Shown: piece by piece, positions 8,122 through 18,252 of the stretch
Layout of the letters: the number at the start of each line of letters is the position of its first letter
How positions within the stretch are numbered: position 1 is the first letter of the stretch
Notes under the pieces: generated by a model
What the model was told of the DNA's origin: nothing
Seen by the model: only the letters and a program-made list of their open reading frames with translations
Database searches by the model: none
Made by a program: the position numbers and the translations under genes
NCBI GenBank assembly: GCA_030531695.1
Contig: JAUNMV010000001.1
Location: forward strand, 9,137-73,136
Reading direction: 5' to 3'
DNA length: 64,000 nucleotides
Source of the DNA: Bacilli bacterium
GTDB lineage: Bacteria > Bacillota_I > Bacilli_A > RF39 > UBA660

Positions 8122-10071
8122 ATGAACAACAAGCAAGGCCTAATAAATGATGCGATAAGAACAGTTTTTGGTGCAATTGACTGGATATTATTTTCATTCC
8201 TAGATTGGATGTACAGAGTGTTCTTTGATGTTTCGACAGTAGAGTTTTTAACAGGTGAAACTATTAGAAATTTCTTTTCAAGAATACAACTTATCTTAGG
8301 TGTATTCATGGTATTTAAAATTAGTATATCAATATTACAAGCTATTGTTGAACCGGACAAAATTACGGATAAAAGCAATGGCTTTTCGGCATATATTAAA
8401 AGAATTATTATTTGTTTAATTATGCTTACATTATTAATACCTAGAAATATTCCAAATGCTAAAAATGAATATCAAGTACAAATTAATAATAATGGTTTAC
8501 TATTTGGTACTTTATATTCACTACAAGGTAGAATTTTAAGAAACAATACTTTAGGTAAATTAGTTCTTGGAAAATCAACAGGAAATGTAACACTATCTGA
8601 AGGTAGTGATAGTAATACTAATTATGGAAATGAACAAGCTAAATCCATGAAAGAAATGGGTAGAGATTTTACAGTTACGATTTTAAAAGGATTTGTTCAA
8701 CAAAGTAATAAGTGTTCAAACTTTGATTCTACAGACGCTGGTAAAGCATATGCTAGTGATTCAGTAGATCAAACACAATTACTAATGGATAATATTAATG
8801 GTCAATGTAAAGACCACTATTATGCATATATGTACTATCCAATTATTGGTGGAGTAGTTGCAGCAGTGTTTGCAGTAATATTAATTGGATTCTCAATTGA
8901 TATAGCAGTTCGTGCACTTAAACTAGCAATACTTAGATTATTAGCTCCTATACCAATAATTAGTTATCTTGATCCAAATCAAGAGAAAAAAGGTGCATTT
9001 GCAAACTGGGTAAAAATACTAACAGCAACATACTTAGATTTATTTATCCGTTTAGCAATAATCTATTTTGTAATATTCTTAATTAATGATATTAAAGATA
9101 ATGGAATTGTAATGGGTACAGAAAATGATACATTTATGAATGTAATAGTATTCATAGTTATCTGCTTCGGTTTATTCTTCTTTGCTAAACAAGCCCCTAA
9201 ATTCATAAAAGATGTATTAGGTGTTCAAAATGCAATGCAAAACATTGGTCTTGCTTCTATCTTAGGTGGTACAGCAATGGCTATGGGTGGCGGAGGTCTT
9301 ACAGGTTTTGCTTATGGAGCAATGAATGGAGCACGTTCACAAGTTGATGCTTACAATCAAGGTAAAGCAGCACCTGTAGGTAGTGCATGGTCATCTAATA
9401 GAGATTTAATGGCTAAAATAAGAACAGGTGACAAAGATGCTCAAGGTGGAATCTTTGGTAGAGCACAAGACTACTTGAACTATCAAACTCGTGAGAGAAA
9501 TGCTAGACGTTTAGGAATCGGTGCACAAGATGTTGCTGATGCTAAGTATATAGCTGATGCATACGAGAAGATGATGTTACAAGCTCAAGATGAGATGGAA
9601 GATGCTAAGATGAAATATCAATACGATCCAACAAATCAACAATATGCAGATGCTTATCATAAAGCAGCAGCAAAATATGGATCATATGCAGAAGCTTATA
9701 AGAAAGCTAATAAGAGATACGAAGCTATGGACAAAACAAGAGGTCAATTGGGAATTGCACCTACTGCAGAGTCTGTCAGAGAAATCAAACCATTACATGG
9801 AAACGGCGAACCAGACAAGAGTGGAAATTATCGTTCACCTCTTAAGACTGAAGGAGAGTTTGTATTTGATCCTAATACAATGCCAGATTCAATTAAACCA
9901 TTTGAAAAGGATAATGAGATTAAATCTAGTATCACTGGTCATAGAAGAGATACTAATGGATTTGATGGAACTATTGATGATAGTTTTGGATCTGGATCTA
10001 TGGGAACAGGTGCTGCTGGTAGCTCACATCAAGGTGGAGGACCTGGCGGTAGACCTGGAGGACATCATTAA
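8122..10071 (+). CDS. VirB6/TrbL-like polytopic T4SS channel protein with a Gly-rich tail
   Basis: Multiple TM segments, a large loop, and a cytoplasmic C-terminal region ending GGGPGGRPGGHH. It lies between the pilin-like and VirB3/VirB4 genes. Confidence 0.55.
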   Translation: MNNKQGLINDAIRTVFGAIDWILFSFLDWMYRVFFDVSTVEFLTGETIRNFFSRIQLILGVFMVFKISISILQAIVEPDKITDKSNGFSAYIKRIIICLIMLTLLIPRNIPNAKNEYQVQINNNGLLFGTLYSLQGRILRNNTLGKLVLGKSTGNVTLSEGSDSNTNYGNEQAKSMKEMGRDFTVTILKGFVQQSNKCSNFDSTDAGKAYASDSVDQTQLLMDNINGQCKDHYYAYMYYPIIGGVVAAVFAVILIGFSIDIAVRALKLAILRLLAPIPIISYLDPNQEKKGAFANWVKILTATYLDLFIRLAIIYFVIFLINDIKDNGIVMGTENDTFMNVIVFIVICFGLFFFAKQAPKFIKDVLGVQNAMQNIGLASILGGTAMAMGGGGLTGFAYGAMNGARSQVDAYNQGKAAPVGSAWSSNRDLMAKIRTGDKDAQGGIFGRAQDYLNYQTRERNARRLGIGAQDVADAKYIADAYEKMMLQAQDEMEDAKMKYQYDPTNQQYADAYHKAAAKYGSYAEAYKKANKRYEAMDKTRGQLGIAPTAESVREIKPLHGNGEPDKSGNYRSPLKTEGEFVFDPNTMPDSIKPFEKDNEIKSSITGHRRDTNGFDGTIDDSFGSGSMGTGAAGSSHQGGGPGGRPGGHH

Positions 10072-10093
10072 TAAAAAAGGGAGTGTGATATAG

Positions 10094-10405
10094 ATGAATT
10101 ATTTAATTCCAGCTAACACTAAGAACGGTAAATTGATTCTTGGAATCTTTAGACCGTTCGACCTAATACTATTTAGTGTTGGTTTACTAGTTACAATAAT
10201 TTTATTAGCAATTATGCCTCAGGAAAATACAGTAGTAACAATACTATGTTTAACTCCTGCAGTAGTATGCGCATTCTTAGTAATGCCAATACCTAATTAT
10301 CATAATATGTTAACAATTATTATTGAATTATATGAATTCATAACAACGAGACAAACTTATCGTTGGAGAGGATGGTGTTATAAAGTTGGCAAAAAAAGTA
10401 AGTAG
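10094..10405 (+). CDS. VirB3/PrgI-like small two-TM T4SS protein
   Basis: 103 aa with two TM helices, immediately upstream of and overlapping VirB4. Confidence 0.5.
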   Translation: MNYLIPANTKNGKLILGIFRPFDLILFSVGLLVTIILLAIMPQENTVVTILCLTPAVVCAFLVMPIPNYHNMLTIIIELYEFITTRQTYRWRGWCYKVGKKSK

Positions 10406-10934
10406 TGGATTTACAGAAGATTGGTTACCACTAAAAGGAATACAAAATGGAATGATCATTACAACAAGTAATGAAAAAGTAACAGGAGTAAAAATTACTC
10501 CAAGAAATATATTTATTCTTGATCCAAATATGCAAGATAATATATTAATTAGTTTGAAAAACTTTTATAATATGCTAGATTTTGAATTTTGGTTAGTAGT
10601 TGCAGATAGACCAGTAGATATATCAGTGTATATGTCTCAACTACAATTACTTTATAATGAAAGTCCAACTCCTGCTATTAGAAAGTTAATTATGCAAGAT
10701 ATAAATAAAGGACAAAGCTTTATAAATAACAATATTGTTGATACAGAATATTTTATCTTGTTTAAACATAAAGATCCTGATCTATTACAAAAGAGAGTTA
10801 GATTAATGATAAATGGGTTAGCACAAAGTGGTTTAAATGCTGCTCAAGTAACTAATAATGATTTACGTGTAATCATGGAGAACTTCTTAAATGGAGGAAC
10901 TTCAACTGAGTTTGGGACGGTGATGTCTGAATGA
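10386..10934 (+). CDS. VirB4-family N-terminal domain encoded as a separate ORF
   Basis: TTG start after GGAGAGGATGGTG. The layout EDWLPLKGIQNGMI...VTGVKITPRNIFIL is as in the N-termini of Gram-positive VirB4/TraE/PrgJ proteins. It ends in an ATGA overlap with the ATPase ORF. Confidence 0.55.
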   Translation: MAKKVSSGFTEDWLPLKGIQNGMIITTSNEKVTGVKITPRNIFILDPNMQDNILISLKNFYNMLDFEFWLVVADRPVDISVYMSQLQLLYNESPTPAIRKLIMQDINKGQSFINNNIVDTEYFILFKHKDPDLLQKRVRLMINGLAQSGLNAAQVTNNDLRVIMENFLNGGTSTEFGTVMSE

Positions 10935-12721
10935 GTACAGGAATAAGAAGTCAATTAGCCCCTAAGGGATTACATTTTAATCCTAGTGATTTCTTTATTA
11001 GTGATAAATATGCAACTATCTTAACTGTTGTATCTTATCCTAAATATATCTCACCAGGATATTTATCATCATTAACTAACATGTCAGGAATTAAAGTTGT
11101 TGTTAAGCACATACCTGTACCTTTTGCAGAAATGTCAAAAATGCTTAATAAACAAGTTGCTGATTTAAAAGAAAAATATCGTAATGAAAGAGATCAAACA
11201 TTACGTGAAAGAATTAGACAAGATGCTGAAAGTTTGGAATACTTCACATCAATGTTAGCTGGATCACAAGCAAGAATCTTCGATTTTCAAATGCACATTA
11301 TGATTACAGCTGATACAAAAGAAGAATTAGAATTAAAGAAAGTAAATGTTAAAAACTATCTAGATGCTATGGAACTTCGTGCTATATCTCTACGTTTTGA
11401 ACAAGAAAAGGTACTAAAATCTATTTTACCTATTTTCCCACCTCAAGATATAGAGCAAAGAATTGGTACACCAATTCCATCAGTAACAATAGCAGCTATG
11501 TATCCATTTATATTTGATAGTATCAAAGATCCTGGATTATCTACACTATTAGGAGTAGATTTCTCAGGTGGAGTTATCTTATTTAATCAATTCTTATATA
11601 AGATAAGAAAAGAGAATAATAGAAATAATGCTAATATGATTATTTTAGGTACATCTGGTTCTGGTAAATCTACAGCAGCTAAATTAATGCTTAGAACTCA
11701 TATCAGAAATGGTTGTCAAATAGTAATAATTGATCCAGAAGATGAATTCAGAGAAATAACATATGCCTTCGGTGGAGATACAGTTGATATTGGTAAAGGT
11801 GGACAGTTTGGTTTAATCAATCCATTAGAAATTGTAATTGATGCCGATGAAGAAGAAATAGCTCAAGGTTTAGGACATTCTATTATTACAAGAACACTTC
11901 AATTCTTAAGAGGATTTATGAAATACTATGATCCATCTATTGAAGAAGATGTTCTAAACATGTTCTCAGAAGTTGTTCAAGATACATATAGAAGATTTGG
12001 AATAGATTTTAACACAGACTTCACTAGATATACTTCAGCTGACTATCCAACATTCAGTGATGTATATGCAACTATTAGAGGTAGATTAACATCTATTACA
12101 GAACAGACTCAAGAAAGAGATATACTAGAAAGACTTGAATTAAAAGTAAGACCAATCACTAGAGAATTAAAATTCTATTTTGATGGACATACTACATTAC
12201 GTAAAGATAGCGATTTCATGGTATTTAATATAAAAGAATTAATGAATAGTGATTCTACAGTAAGAAATGCATTATTCTTCAATGTCTTAAAATATGCGTG
12301 GGGTCTATGTCTAGATTCAAGTGTTGATACAGTACTTATGGTAGATGAAGCTCACGTATTATTAGGAGATAATAATGTACAAGGAGCAGATTTCCTAGCT
12401 CAAGTACAAAGACGTGCTAGAAAGTATAACACAGGTACTATAATAATTACTCAACAACCGAGTGATTTCTCAAACCCACAAGTAATAACTCAAGGAAAAG
12501 CAATCTTTGATAATGCTTCATATTACTTAATAATGGGTCTTAGAAAACAAGCAACTGAAGATTTAGCATTATTAATAGATTTAAATGAAAGTGAAAAAGA
12601 AAGTATAAAACGTTATTCTCAAGGAGAAGCATTATTCGTCTGTGGTAATAGACGTATGAGAATAAATGTAGCCGTAACTAAAGAAGAATTAGATTCTTTC
12701 GGAGCTGGCGGCGGGTTCTAA
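10931..12721 (+). CDS. VirB4/TraE-family T4SS ATPase (C-terminal ATPase part)
   Basis: Walker A GTSGSGKST, Walker B LMVDEAHVLL, and a conserved ARKYNTGTIIITQQPSDF segment. Confidence 0.85.
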   Translation: MSTGIRSQLAPKGLHFNPSDFFISDKYATILTVVSYPKYISPGYLSSLTNMSGIKVVVKHIPVPFAEMSKMLNKQVADLKEKYRNERDQTLRERIRQDAESLEYFTSMLAGSQARIFDFQMHIMITADTKEELELKKVNVKNYLDAMELRAISLRFEQEKVLKSILPIFPPQDIEQRIGTPIPSVTIAAMYPFIFDSIKDPGLSTLLGVDFSGGVILFNQFLYKIRKENNRNNANMIILGTSGSGKSTAAKLMLRTHIRNGCQIVIIDPEDEFREITYAFGGDTVDIGKGGQFGLINPLEIVIDADEEEIAQGLGHSIITRTLQFLRGFMKYYDPSIEEDVLNMFSEVVQDTYRRFGIDFNTDFTRYTSADYPTFSDVYATIRGRLTSITEQTQERDILERLELKVRPITRELKFYFDGHTTLRKDSDFMVFNIKELMNSDSTVRNALFFNVLKYAWGLCLDSSVDTVLMVDEAHVLLGDNNVQGADFLAQVQRRARKYNTGTIIITQQPSDFSNPQVITQGKAIFDNASYYLIMGLRKQATEDLALLIDLNESEKESIKRYSQGEALFVCGNRRMRINVAVTKEELDSFGAGGGF

Positions 12722-12745
12722 AATAGAAAGAAGTAGGTGATTTAT

Positions 12746-15121
12746 ATGTCAGATTATAAGAGTACTAGAAGTCCAGAATCAGAAAATCCAGGCGAAACAC
12801 AATCATTTGCTTCTGCTATGCATGAACAAAAAGAACAAGAAAAAGAATCTTCCAAAAAAACTGCCAAAGTAGCTGCTAAAGGAGCAGCTATGTACTTCGG
12901 AGGACCAGAAGCAGGAGCAGCAGTCGATATGGCTGCAAATACTAAAGCAGGAGAAAAAATCATCAATAAAGGTGGAGAAGCTTTAAATAAAGTTCCTGGA
13001 GTAGGAAAGGCATCAAAAAAATTAGATGATGCCGGAGTACTCGATAAAGCAGACCAAGCACTTAGTATGGCTGGTTCTGCAGGTGGTGGAGCCGGTGCTG
13101 CAAATGGAGCAGCAAATGGTGCAGCAGCAAGTGGAGGAGCAGCTAGTGCTCAAACTGCAGCCAATACAACAGAAGCAGCAAAAGCATCTAGTGGAGCAGC
13201 TAATCAAGGAGGAAGCTCTTCTAGTGGGGGAGATTCCTCTTTTTTCGATAATATAAAAGATAAAAAGAAAAAAGACAGTAACAAAGATGAAAATGGAGAA
13301 GAGAAAGAAAGAGATTCTGTACTAGAAGGTAAAGTAAAAATACCAATGGCAGTTAAAATGGCTGCTTTAAGTGCAGTTCCATTCATCTTATTAATTGTAT
13401 TAATATTAATAATTATTACTGCTATTGGTGGAGCAATCAATGACTTTACAGATGCCGTAAGTATCAGTAAATACTTTGATTTACCAACAGGTGATAATAG
13501 TGCAGAAAATATTTCTGATGATGCAAAAAAATTCATCGAAAGAGTAAAAGAAGTAAAAGATGAATATGAAAAAAATGAAAAAACAGTAGATCCATTACTA
13601 GTAATGGCAGTATATCACGTAGCTAACTACCATAATAAAGATATAGACTATAACTACATGACTAAAGCTAGAATAAGAGCTGTAGCAGCTGCAATGTTTA
13701 CTGAAAACTCTACATCATATTCAGAAGAAGCATTTAGAAAAGAATTAACAAAAACAATATTTAAAAATTATTTTCCTAATAAAGATGAAGCAACAAGAGA
13801 AAAATATACTAATGAAGTTTTTGAATACATAAAAGATTATTATGAATTAATAGGATATACTCCTATGACATTATGTGCTCCTATGGGTACATGTTCATAT
13901 AACATTAAAGGATTTTATATCTATGGAAGAGGTAATATTACAAAGAACTTAAATATTACTAACTTAAAAATTAGATTAATGGAATCAGGTTCTGGAAATG
14001 GACATAACTATGGAGGTACTTTTGGAAAAGCAATGGCTAATGAAGAATTAGTTGATTTCGAAAAGTATATCTTAGGAGTAGCATATCAAGAAATAGGTCC
14101 AGGAGCTTCGGAAGAAGCATTTAAAGCTCAAATGGTAGCAGCTAGAAGTTACATTTTAGCAAGGCCTACTGTAATGGGTGGATGGAGAACTCTACAACAA
14201 GAAAATGGTCAATGGATTTTACAAACAGCCAATTCTACACAAGATCAAGTATATTGTGATCCAGATAAAGGATGCTCTTCAGCAGATGGACAATGGTCAA
14301 TGGTTCATAGCGGACTTACTTCAGGTAGAGTTCTAAAACAACCAATGCCATCAAATTCAAAATTAAGATCTCTAGCAAATGAAACAGCTGGAGAAGTAGT
14401 AGTTAATTCTCAAGGATATATAGTATATACTCCATATACTAGTACCCAACAAAATAAAATGGAAGAATTAGCTAAAAAAGGACTTAACTATAAACAAATA
14501 TTACTAGAAATATATAATGGTAATGGTGCAAAGAATTTAGGTGTAAGTGGTACTGAAAAGATGACATGTAATAATACTGAAGTTACATGTAATAATGGAG
14601 TATCTGGAGATATAGCATCATGGAGACAAATAAGAGGTCCATGGATTAATATACCTTTAGGTAATAGTCATAATACCATAAGAAGTGCTGGATGCTTAGT
14701 AACATCAATAGCAATTCAAATGGCTCGAAGTGGAGTACCAATTAATACTACAGAAGAGTTTAATCCTGGAGTATTCGTCCAATTCTTAAATAGAAATGGA
14801 GGATTTACATCTGGTGGTTCACTAACAGATTATACCTTAGCAACAAAAATGGCTCCTAACTTTAAATATGTAGGTTCTACTTCAGTTACTGGATATTCAC
14901 AAGATCAAAAATATAATACTTTAGTAGACTTATTAAATAAAGGTTACTACGTAGTAGCAGAAGTTAAGTTAGGTAACAAATCAGGACAACACTGGGTAGC
15001 AGTAATAAGTGCATCTAATGGTCAAGTAACAATGGTAGACCCAGCAAGTGATAGTACAAGCATGTGGCAAAAATACCCATCTGCAGGTACAAGTAGATAT
15101 GTATATTATAAAGTAGGATAG
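12746..15121 (+). CDS. T4SS-associated cell-wall hydrolase (VirB1 analogue): SpoIID-like domain plus C-terminal Cys/His papain-like (C39/CHAP-like) domain
   Basis: Ala/Gly-rich N-terminus and one TM. AYQEIGPGASEEAFKAQMVAARSYILARP resembles SpoIID/LytB. The C-terminus has SAGCLVTSIAIQMA ... GQHWVAVI, a Cys...His pair. The ATG at 12746 follows AGGTGA. Confidence 0.65.
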   Translation: MSDYKSTRSPESENPGETQSFASAMHEQKEQEKESSKKTAKVAAKGAAMYFGGPEAGAAVDMAANTKAGEKIINKGGEALNKVPGVGKASKKLDDAGVLDKADQALSMAGSAGGGAGAANGAANGAAASGGAASAQTAANTTEAAKASSGAANQGGSSSSGGDSSFFDNIKDKKKKDSNKDENGEEKERDSVLEGKVKIPMAVKMAALSAVPFILLIVLILIIITAIGGAINDFTDAVSISKYFDLPTGDNSAENISDDAKKFIERVKEVKDEYEKNEKTVDPLLVMAVYHVANYHNKDIDYNYMTKARIRAVAAAMFTENSTSYSEEAFRKELTKTIFKNYFPNKDEATREKYTNEVFEYIKDYYELIGYTPMTLCAPMGTCSYNIKGFYIYGRGNITKNLNITNLKIRLMESGSGNGHNYGGTFGKAMANEELVDFEKYILGVAYQEIGPGASEEAFKAQMVAARSYILARPTVMGGWRTLQQENGQWILQTANSTQDQVYCDPDKGCSSADGQWSMVHSGLTSGRVLKQPMPSNSKLRSLANETAGEVVVNSQGYIVYTPYTSTQQNKMEELAKKGLNYKQILLEIYNGNGAKNLGVSGTEKMTCNNTEVTCNNGVSGDIASWRQIRGPWINIPLGNSHNTIRSAGCLVTSIAIQMARSGVPINTTEEFNPGVFVQFLNRNGGFTSGGSLTDYTLATKMAPNFKYVGSTSVTGYSQDQKYNTLVDLLNKGYYVVAEVKLGNKSGQHWVAVISASNGQVTMVDPASDSTSMWQKYPSAGTSRYVYYKVG

Positions 15122-15129
15122 GTGATAAT

Positions 15130-15897
15130 ATGAAAAGATATATAATATTAATCATAGTAATACTACTATTTGGTTTTTCACTATATTATTTCGTAGGTAA
15201 AGATAGTATTAAAGCCCAAAAAGTAAAAACAACTATCCTACTTAATAACGATACAGTATTCGAATATAATAATAGAAGTTGGATTAAAGTAAATGATAGT
15301 TATATAAATGATTATAACTGGAAAGAATTTGATGTATTTTTAGATTCAACTTATAAAGGAAAAAAACTAGTATGGCATGATGATCAATGGTATATATTTG
15401 ATAAAAATAAAAATGCCGTTAATTATAATGAAAGATTTATTGGAGTAAAAGCTAATTACGAAATAAATGTAAAAGACTTTGAAATAATATCTGATGAAGA
15501 TAATGGTTATGCCAATGCATTATTATCAGAATACCACTTACCAGCTACATCTGAATTAACATCAAATGATAAAGTGATAGTAGATATAGATAATGATGGT
15601 GAAAATGAAGAAATATATATAATAAGTAATACATTCCCAATGGATACTGAACCAGACACTATTTTTTCAAGTGTATTCATGATAAAAAACAATCAAAAAT
15701 ATCAAATATTTGAACAACATCATCAAGATGATGTTTATAGTGGATGTCTTCCATATATAAACTCAATACTAGACGTTGATAATGATGATAATTATGAGAT
15801 AGTATTAACATGTGCAAGATTTAGTGCACAAGAACCAATAAACATTTTATATAAATTCGATAAAACTAAGTTTACCAAGCTAATTTCAAATGAATAA
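15130..15897 (+). CDS. Membrane-anchored exported protein with two DxDNDG/FG-GAP-like motifs
   Basis: N-terminal TM. Motifs VDIDNDGENEEIYII and LDVDNDDNYEIVL. Function unknown. Confidence 0.3.
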   Translation: MKRYIILIIVILLFGFSLYYFVGKDSIKAQKVKTTILLNNDTVFEYNNRSWIKVNDSYINDYNWKEFDVFLDSTYKGKKLVWHDDQWYIFDKNKNAVNYNERFIGVKANYEINVKDFEIISDEDNGYANALLSEYHLPATSELTSNDKVIVDIDNDGENEEIYIISNTFPMDTEPDTIFSSVFMIKNNQKYQIFEQHHQDDVYSGCLPYINSILDVDNDDNYEIVLTCARFSAQEPINILYKFDKTKFTKLISNE

Positions 15898-15952
15898 GTA
15901 ATGACAGTTTATAAAACATAAGCTATAATAATGACAGAAAGGAAGTAGTAAA

Positions 15953-18238
15953 ATGAAATTTAAATTTCGCGTAGACAAAGATGATTTGAAAATATTTTTA
16001 ATATTTGCAATTTTTCTACTTTATATTGTAGCAATAGGAATAGTTAATTTAGCTACTTTTGCCAAAGAAGGACATTTATCTGGTATTAATCCGTTCCCTG
16101 CATTTGGACCTGAATATATAATGGAAACACTATTAATATATTTATTATGTTTAGGTGGATTATTTATCAGTGTTAATTCATACATTTTCGATAGTGAAAA
16201 AGGTTTTGGATTCACTACAGAGAAAAAAGATAAAGGTTACTCTAGATGGGCAAAAGAAAGAGAAATAAAAGAAGAACTAGAACAAGTAGAAATTAAACAA
16301 CCTAGAAGTAAAGCAGCAGGAGTGCCACTAATATTAAATGAAAAAGAGATGTGGGTAGATAATAGTGAATACCATTCATTAGTAATTGGTGCCACTGGTT
16401 CTGGTAAAACTCAAACTGTAATATTACCACAAGTTCATTCATTAGCTAAAGCAAGAGAGTCAATGATTATTACCGATCCAAAAGGTGAAATCTATGAAAA
16501 AACATCTAATATGCTTAGAGCTAAGGGATATGAAATTTTATTATTAAACTTCCGTGATCCACAAAACGGTTCTTCATGGAATCCAATGACATTACCATAT
16601 CAAATGTATAAGAGTGGTAATCAAGATAAAGCAATCGAGTTATTAGACGACTTAGCATTAAACATCCTATATGATGATTCTAACAAGAATCAAGATCCAT
16701 TCTGGGAAAAGACAAGTGCTGACTATTTCTCAGGAGTAGCTTTAGGATTATTTGAAGATGCTAAAGAAGAAGAAATAAATATTAATAGTATTTCTTTAGC
16801 AACAACAGTTGGTGAAGAAAAATTTGGTGGATCAACATATATTAAAGAATACTTCGCAGCAAAAGATCCTGGTAGTGCAGCAGCAATAAATGCCTCAAGT
16901 ACAATCATGGCTCCAACAGAAACAAAAGGAAGTATCCTATCAGTATTTAAACAAAAAGTAAAATTATTCGCATCACGTGATAATTTAAGTGAAATGTTAT
17001 CACATAGTGATGTTAATCTAGAAACAATTGGTGAAAAACCAACTGCAGTATTTATAGTTATTCAAGATGAAAAGAAAACATATCACTCATTAGTAACTAT
17101 ATTCCTAAAACAAGTTTATGAAACACTAATTGCAAGTGCACAAAAGCATGGTGGAAAACTACCAATAAGAACAAACTTCTTACTAGATGAGTTTGCTAAT
17201 ATGCCACCTTTAAAAGATGTAACTACAATGATTACAGCAGCTCGTTCAAGAAGAATTAGATTTACAATGATTATCCAAAACTTTGCCCAATTAGACTCAG
17301 TTTATGGAAAAGAAGAAGCAGAAACAATAAGAGGTAACTGTGGTAATATTATTTACTTAATTACTACAGAATTAAAAGCACTAGAAGAAATATCTAAAAT
17401 GTGTGGTGAGGTTAAATCTAAAAAAGATGATAAGACAGCTTCAACACCATTAGTAACAGTGTCAGATTTACAAAGAATGAAACAATTTGAAGTAATTATA
17501 CTTCGTATGAGAAAACAACCATTCAAAACTAAATTTACACCATACTTTAAACTAGACTGGGGAAAATCATATCCACCAGCTAAATATCCAACAAGACAAA
17601 AAAGAGAAGTACATACTTTTGATATAAAAGAATTTGTAAAATCACAAAAGAAGAAAAAATTACTTGAGATGATGAAAGCTCAAGAAATAGAACCAAACAA
17701 TAGTGATGATGGTGGAGAAGAAAATATCAATACTAATTTCACTGAACCTAAAGTAGTACCTTTCGATAAAGTAGACGACGAAGGATTCCGTGACTTCTTA
17801 GCTCATAGAGGTTTTGGACCAGCTCCTCAAAATAATGAAAAACAAACTCCATTTAATCCTATGACAATGCGTGATGAACCAAGCATTTCTACAGTGTCTG
17901 AACAAAGAATTAAACCTGTAGCACCAGTAGAAAGAATTGATGAAGATGACGACGATGATGATGATTTAGGATTCGATGTAGATGAATTAGTTAAGAAAAT
18001 AGATGCAAAGATTGCAGAATTAGAGGAAGAAGAAAGAAAAGAAAAAGAAGCAGAAGAAAAGAAGAAAAAGGAACAAGAAGAAAGAATGAAGCAACAAGCA
18101 GTTGAAGTAACAATCCCTGCAGTTCAACCTGAAATATCTAAACCAGTAGAAGCAAAAGAAAAACCAGTAGATAAATCAATTGACTTAAATGATGATTTAG
18201 ATGACGATGATTTCTTTGATGATTTCTTCGATAATTAG
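15953..18238 (+). CDS. VirD4/TraG-family type IV coupling protein with a long acidic tail
   Basis: Two N-terminal TMs, Walker A GATGSGKTQ, Walker B FLLDEFANMP and an RSRRIRFTMIIQNFAQL segment. The last ~190 aa are D/E/K-rich. Confidence 0.85.
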   Translation: MKFKFRVDKDDLKIFLIFAIFLLYIVAIGIVNLATFAKEGHLSGINPFPAFGPEYIMETLLIYLLCLGGLFISVNSYIFDSEKGFGFTTEKKDKGYSRWAKEREIKEELEQVEIKQPRSKAAGVPLILNEKEMWVDNSEYHSLVIGATGSGKTQTVILPQVHSLAKARESMIITDPKGEIYEKTSNMLRAKGYEILLLNFRDPQNGSSWNPMTLPYQMYKSGNQDKAIELLDDLALNILYDDSNKNQDPFWEKTSADYFSGVALGLFEDAKEEEININSISLATTVGEEKFGGSTYIKEYFAAKDPGSAAAINASSTIMAPTETKGSILSVFKQKVKLFASRDNLSEMLSHSDVNLETIGEKPTAVFIVIQDEKKTYHSLVTIFLKQVYETLIASAQKHGGKLPIRTNFLLDEFANMPPLKDVTTMITAARSRRIRFTMIIQNFAQLDSVYGKEEAETIRGNCGNIIYLITTELKALEEISKMCGEVKSKKDDKTASTPLVTVSDLQRMKQFEVIILRMRKQPFKTKFTPYFKLDWGKSYPPAKYPTRQKREVHTFDIKEFVKSQKKKKLLEMMKAQEIEPNNSDDGGEENINTNFTEPKVVPFDKVDDEGFRDFLAHRGFGPAPQNNEKQTPFNPMTMRDEPSISTVSEQRIKPVAPVERIDEDDDDDDDLGFDVDELVKKIDAKIAELEEEERKEKEAEEKKKKEQEERMKQQAVEVTIPAVQPEISKPVEAKEKPVDKSIDLNDDLDDDDFFDDFFDN

Positions 18239-18252
18239 AAAGGAGAATACTT

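Noticed and set aside
9644-10093. 149-aa alternative-frame ORF over the 3' end of the VirB6-like gene
   Set aside because: It overlaps the coherent main frame. Its composition (L/Q/M-rich) mirrors a frame shift of the low-complexity tail.
10386-10405. Programmed frameshift at the A7 run fusing the VirB3-like and VirB4 N-domain ORFs
   Set aside because: The frames differ by +1, not the usual -1 slippage on an A-run. A TTG start with an SD-like GGAGAGG upstream explains independent initiation.
15900-15937. Direct 8-nt repeat aatgacag (15900..15907 and 15930..15937) upstream of the coupling-protein gene, considered as an operator or oriT element
   Set aside because: An 8-mer recurring within 40 nt of AT-rich spacer is plausible by chance. 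There is no inverted-repeat or nick-site-like context.
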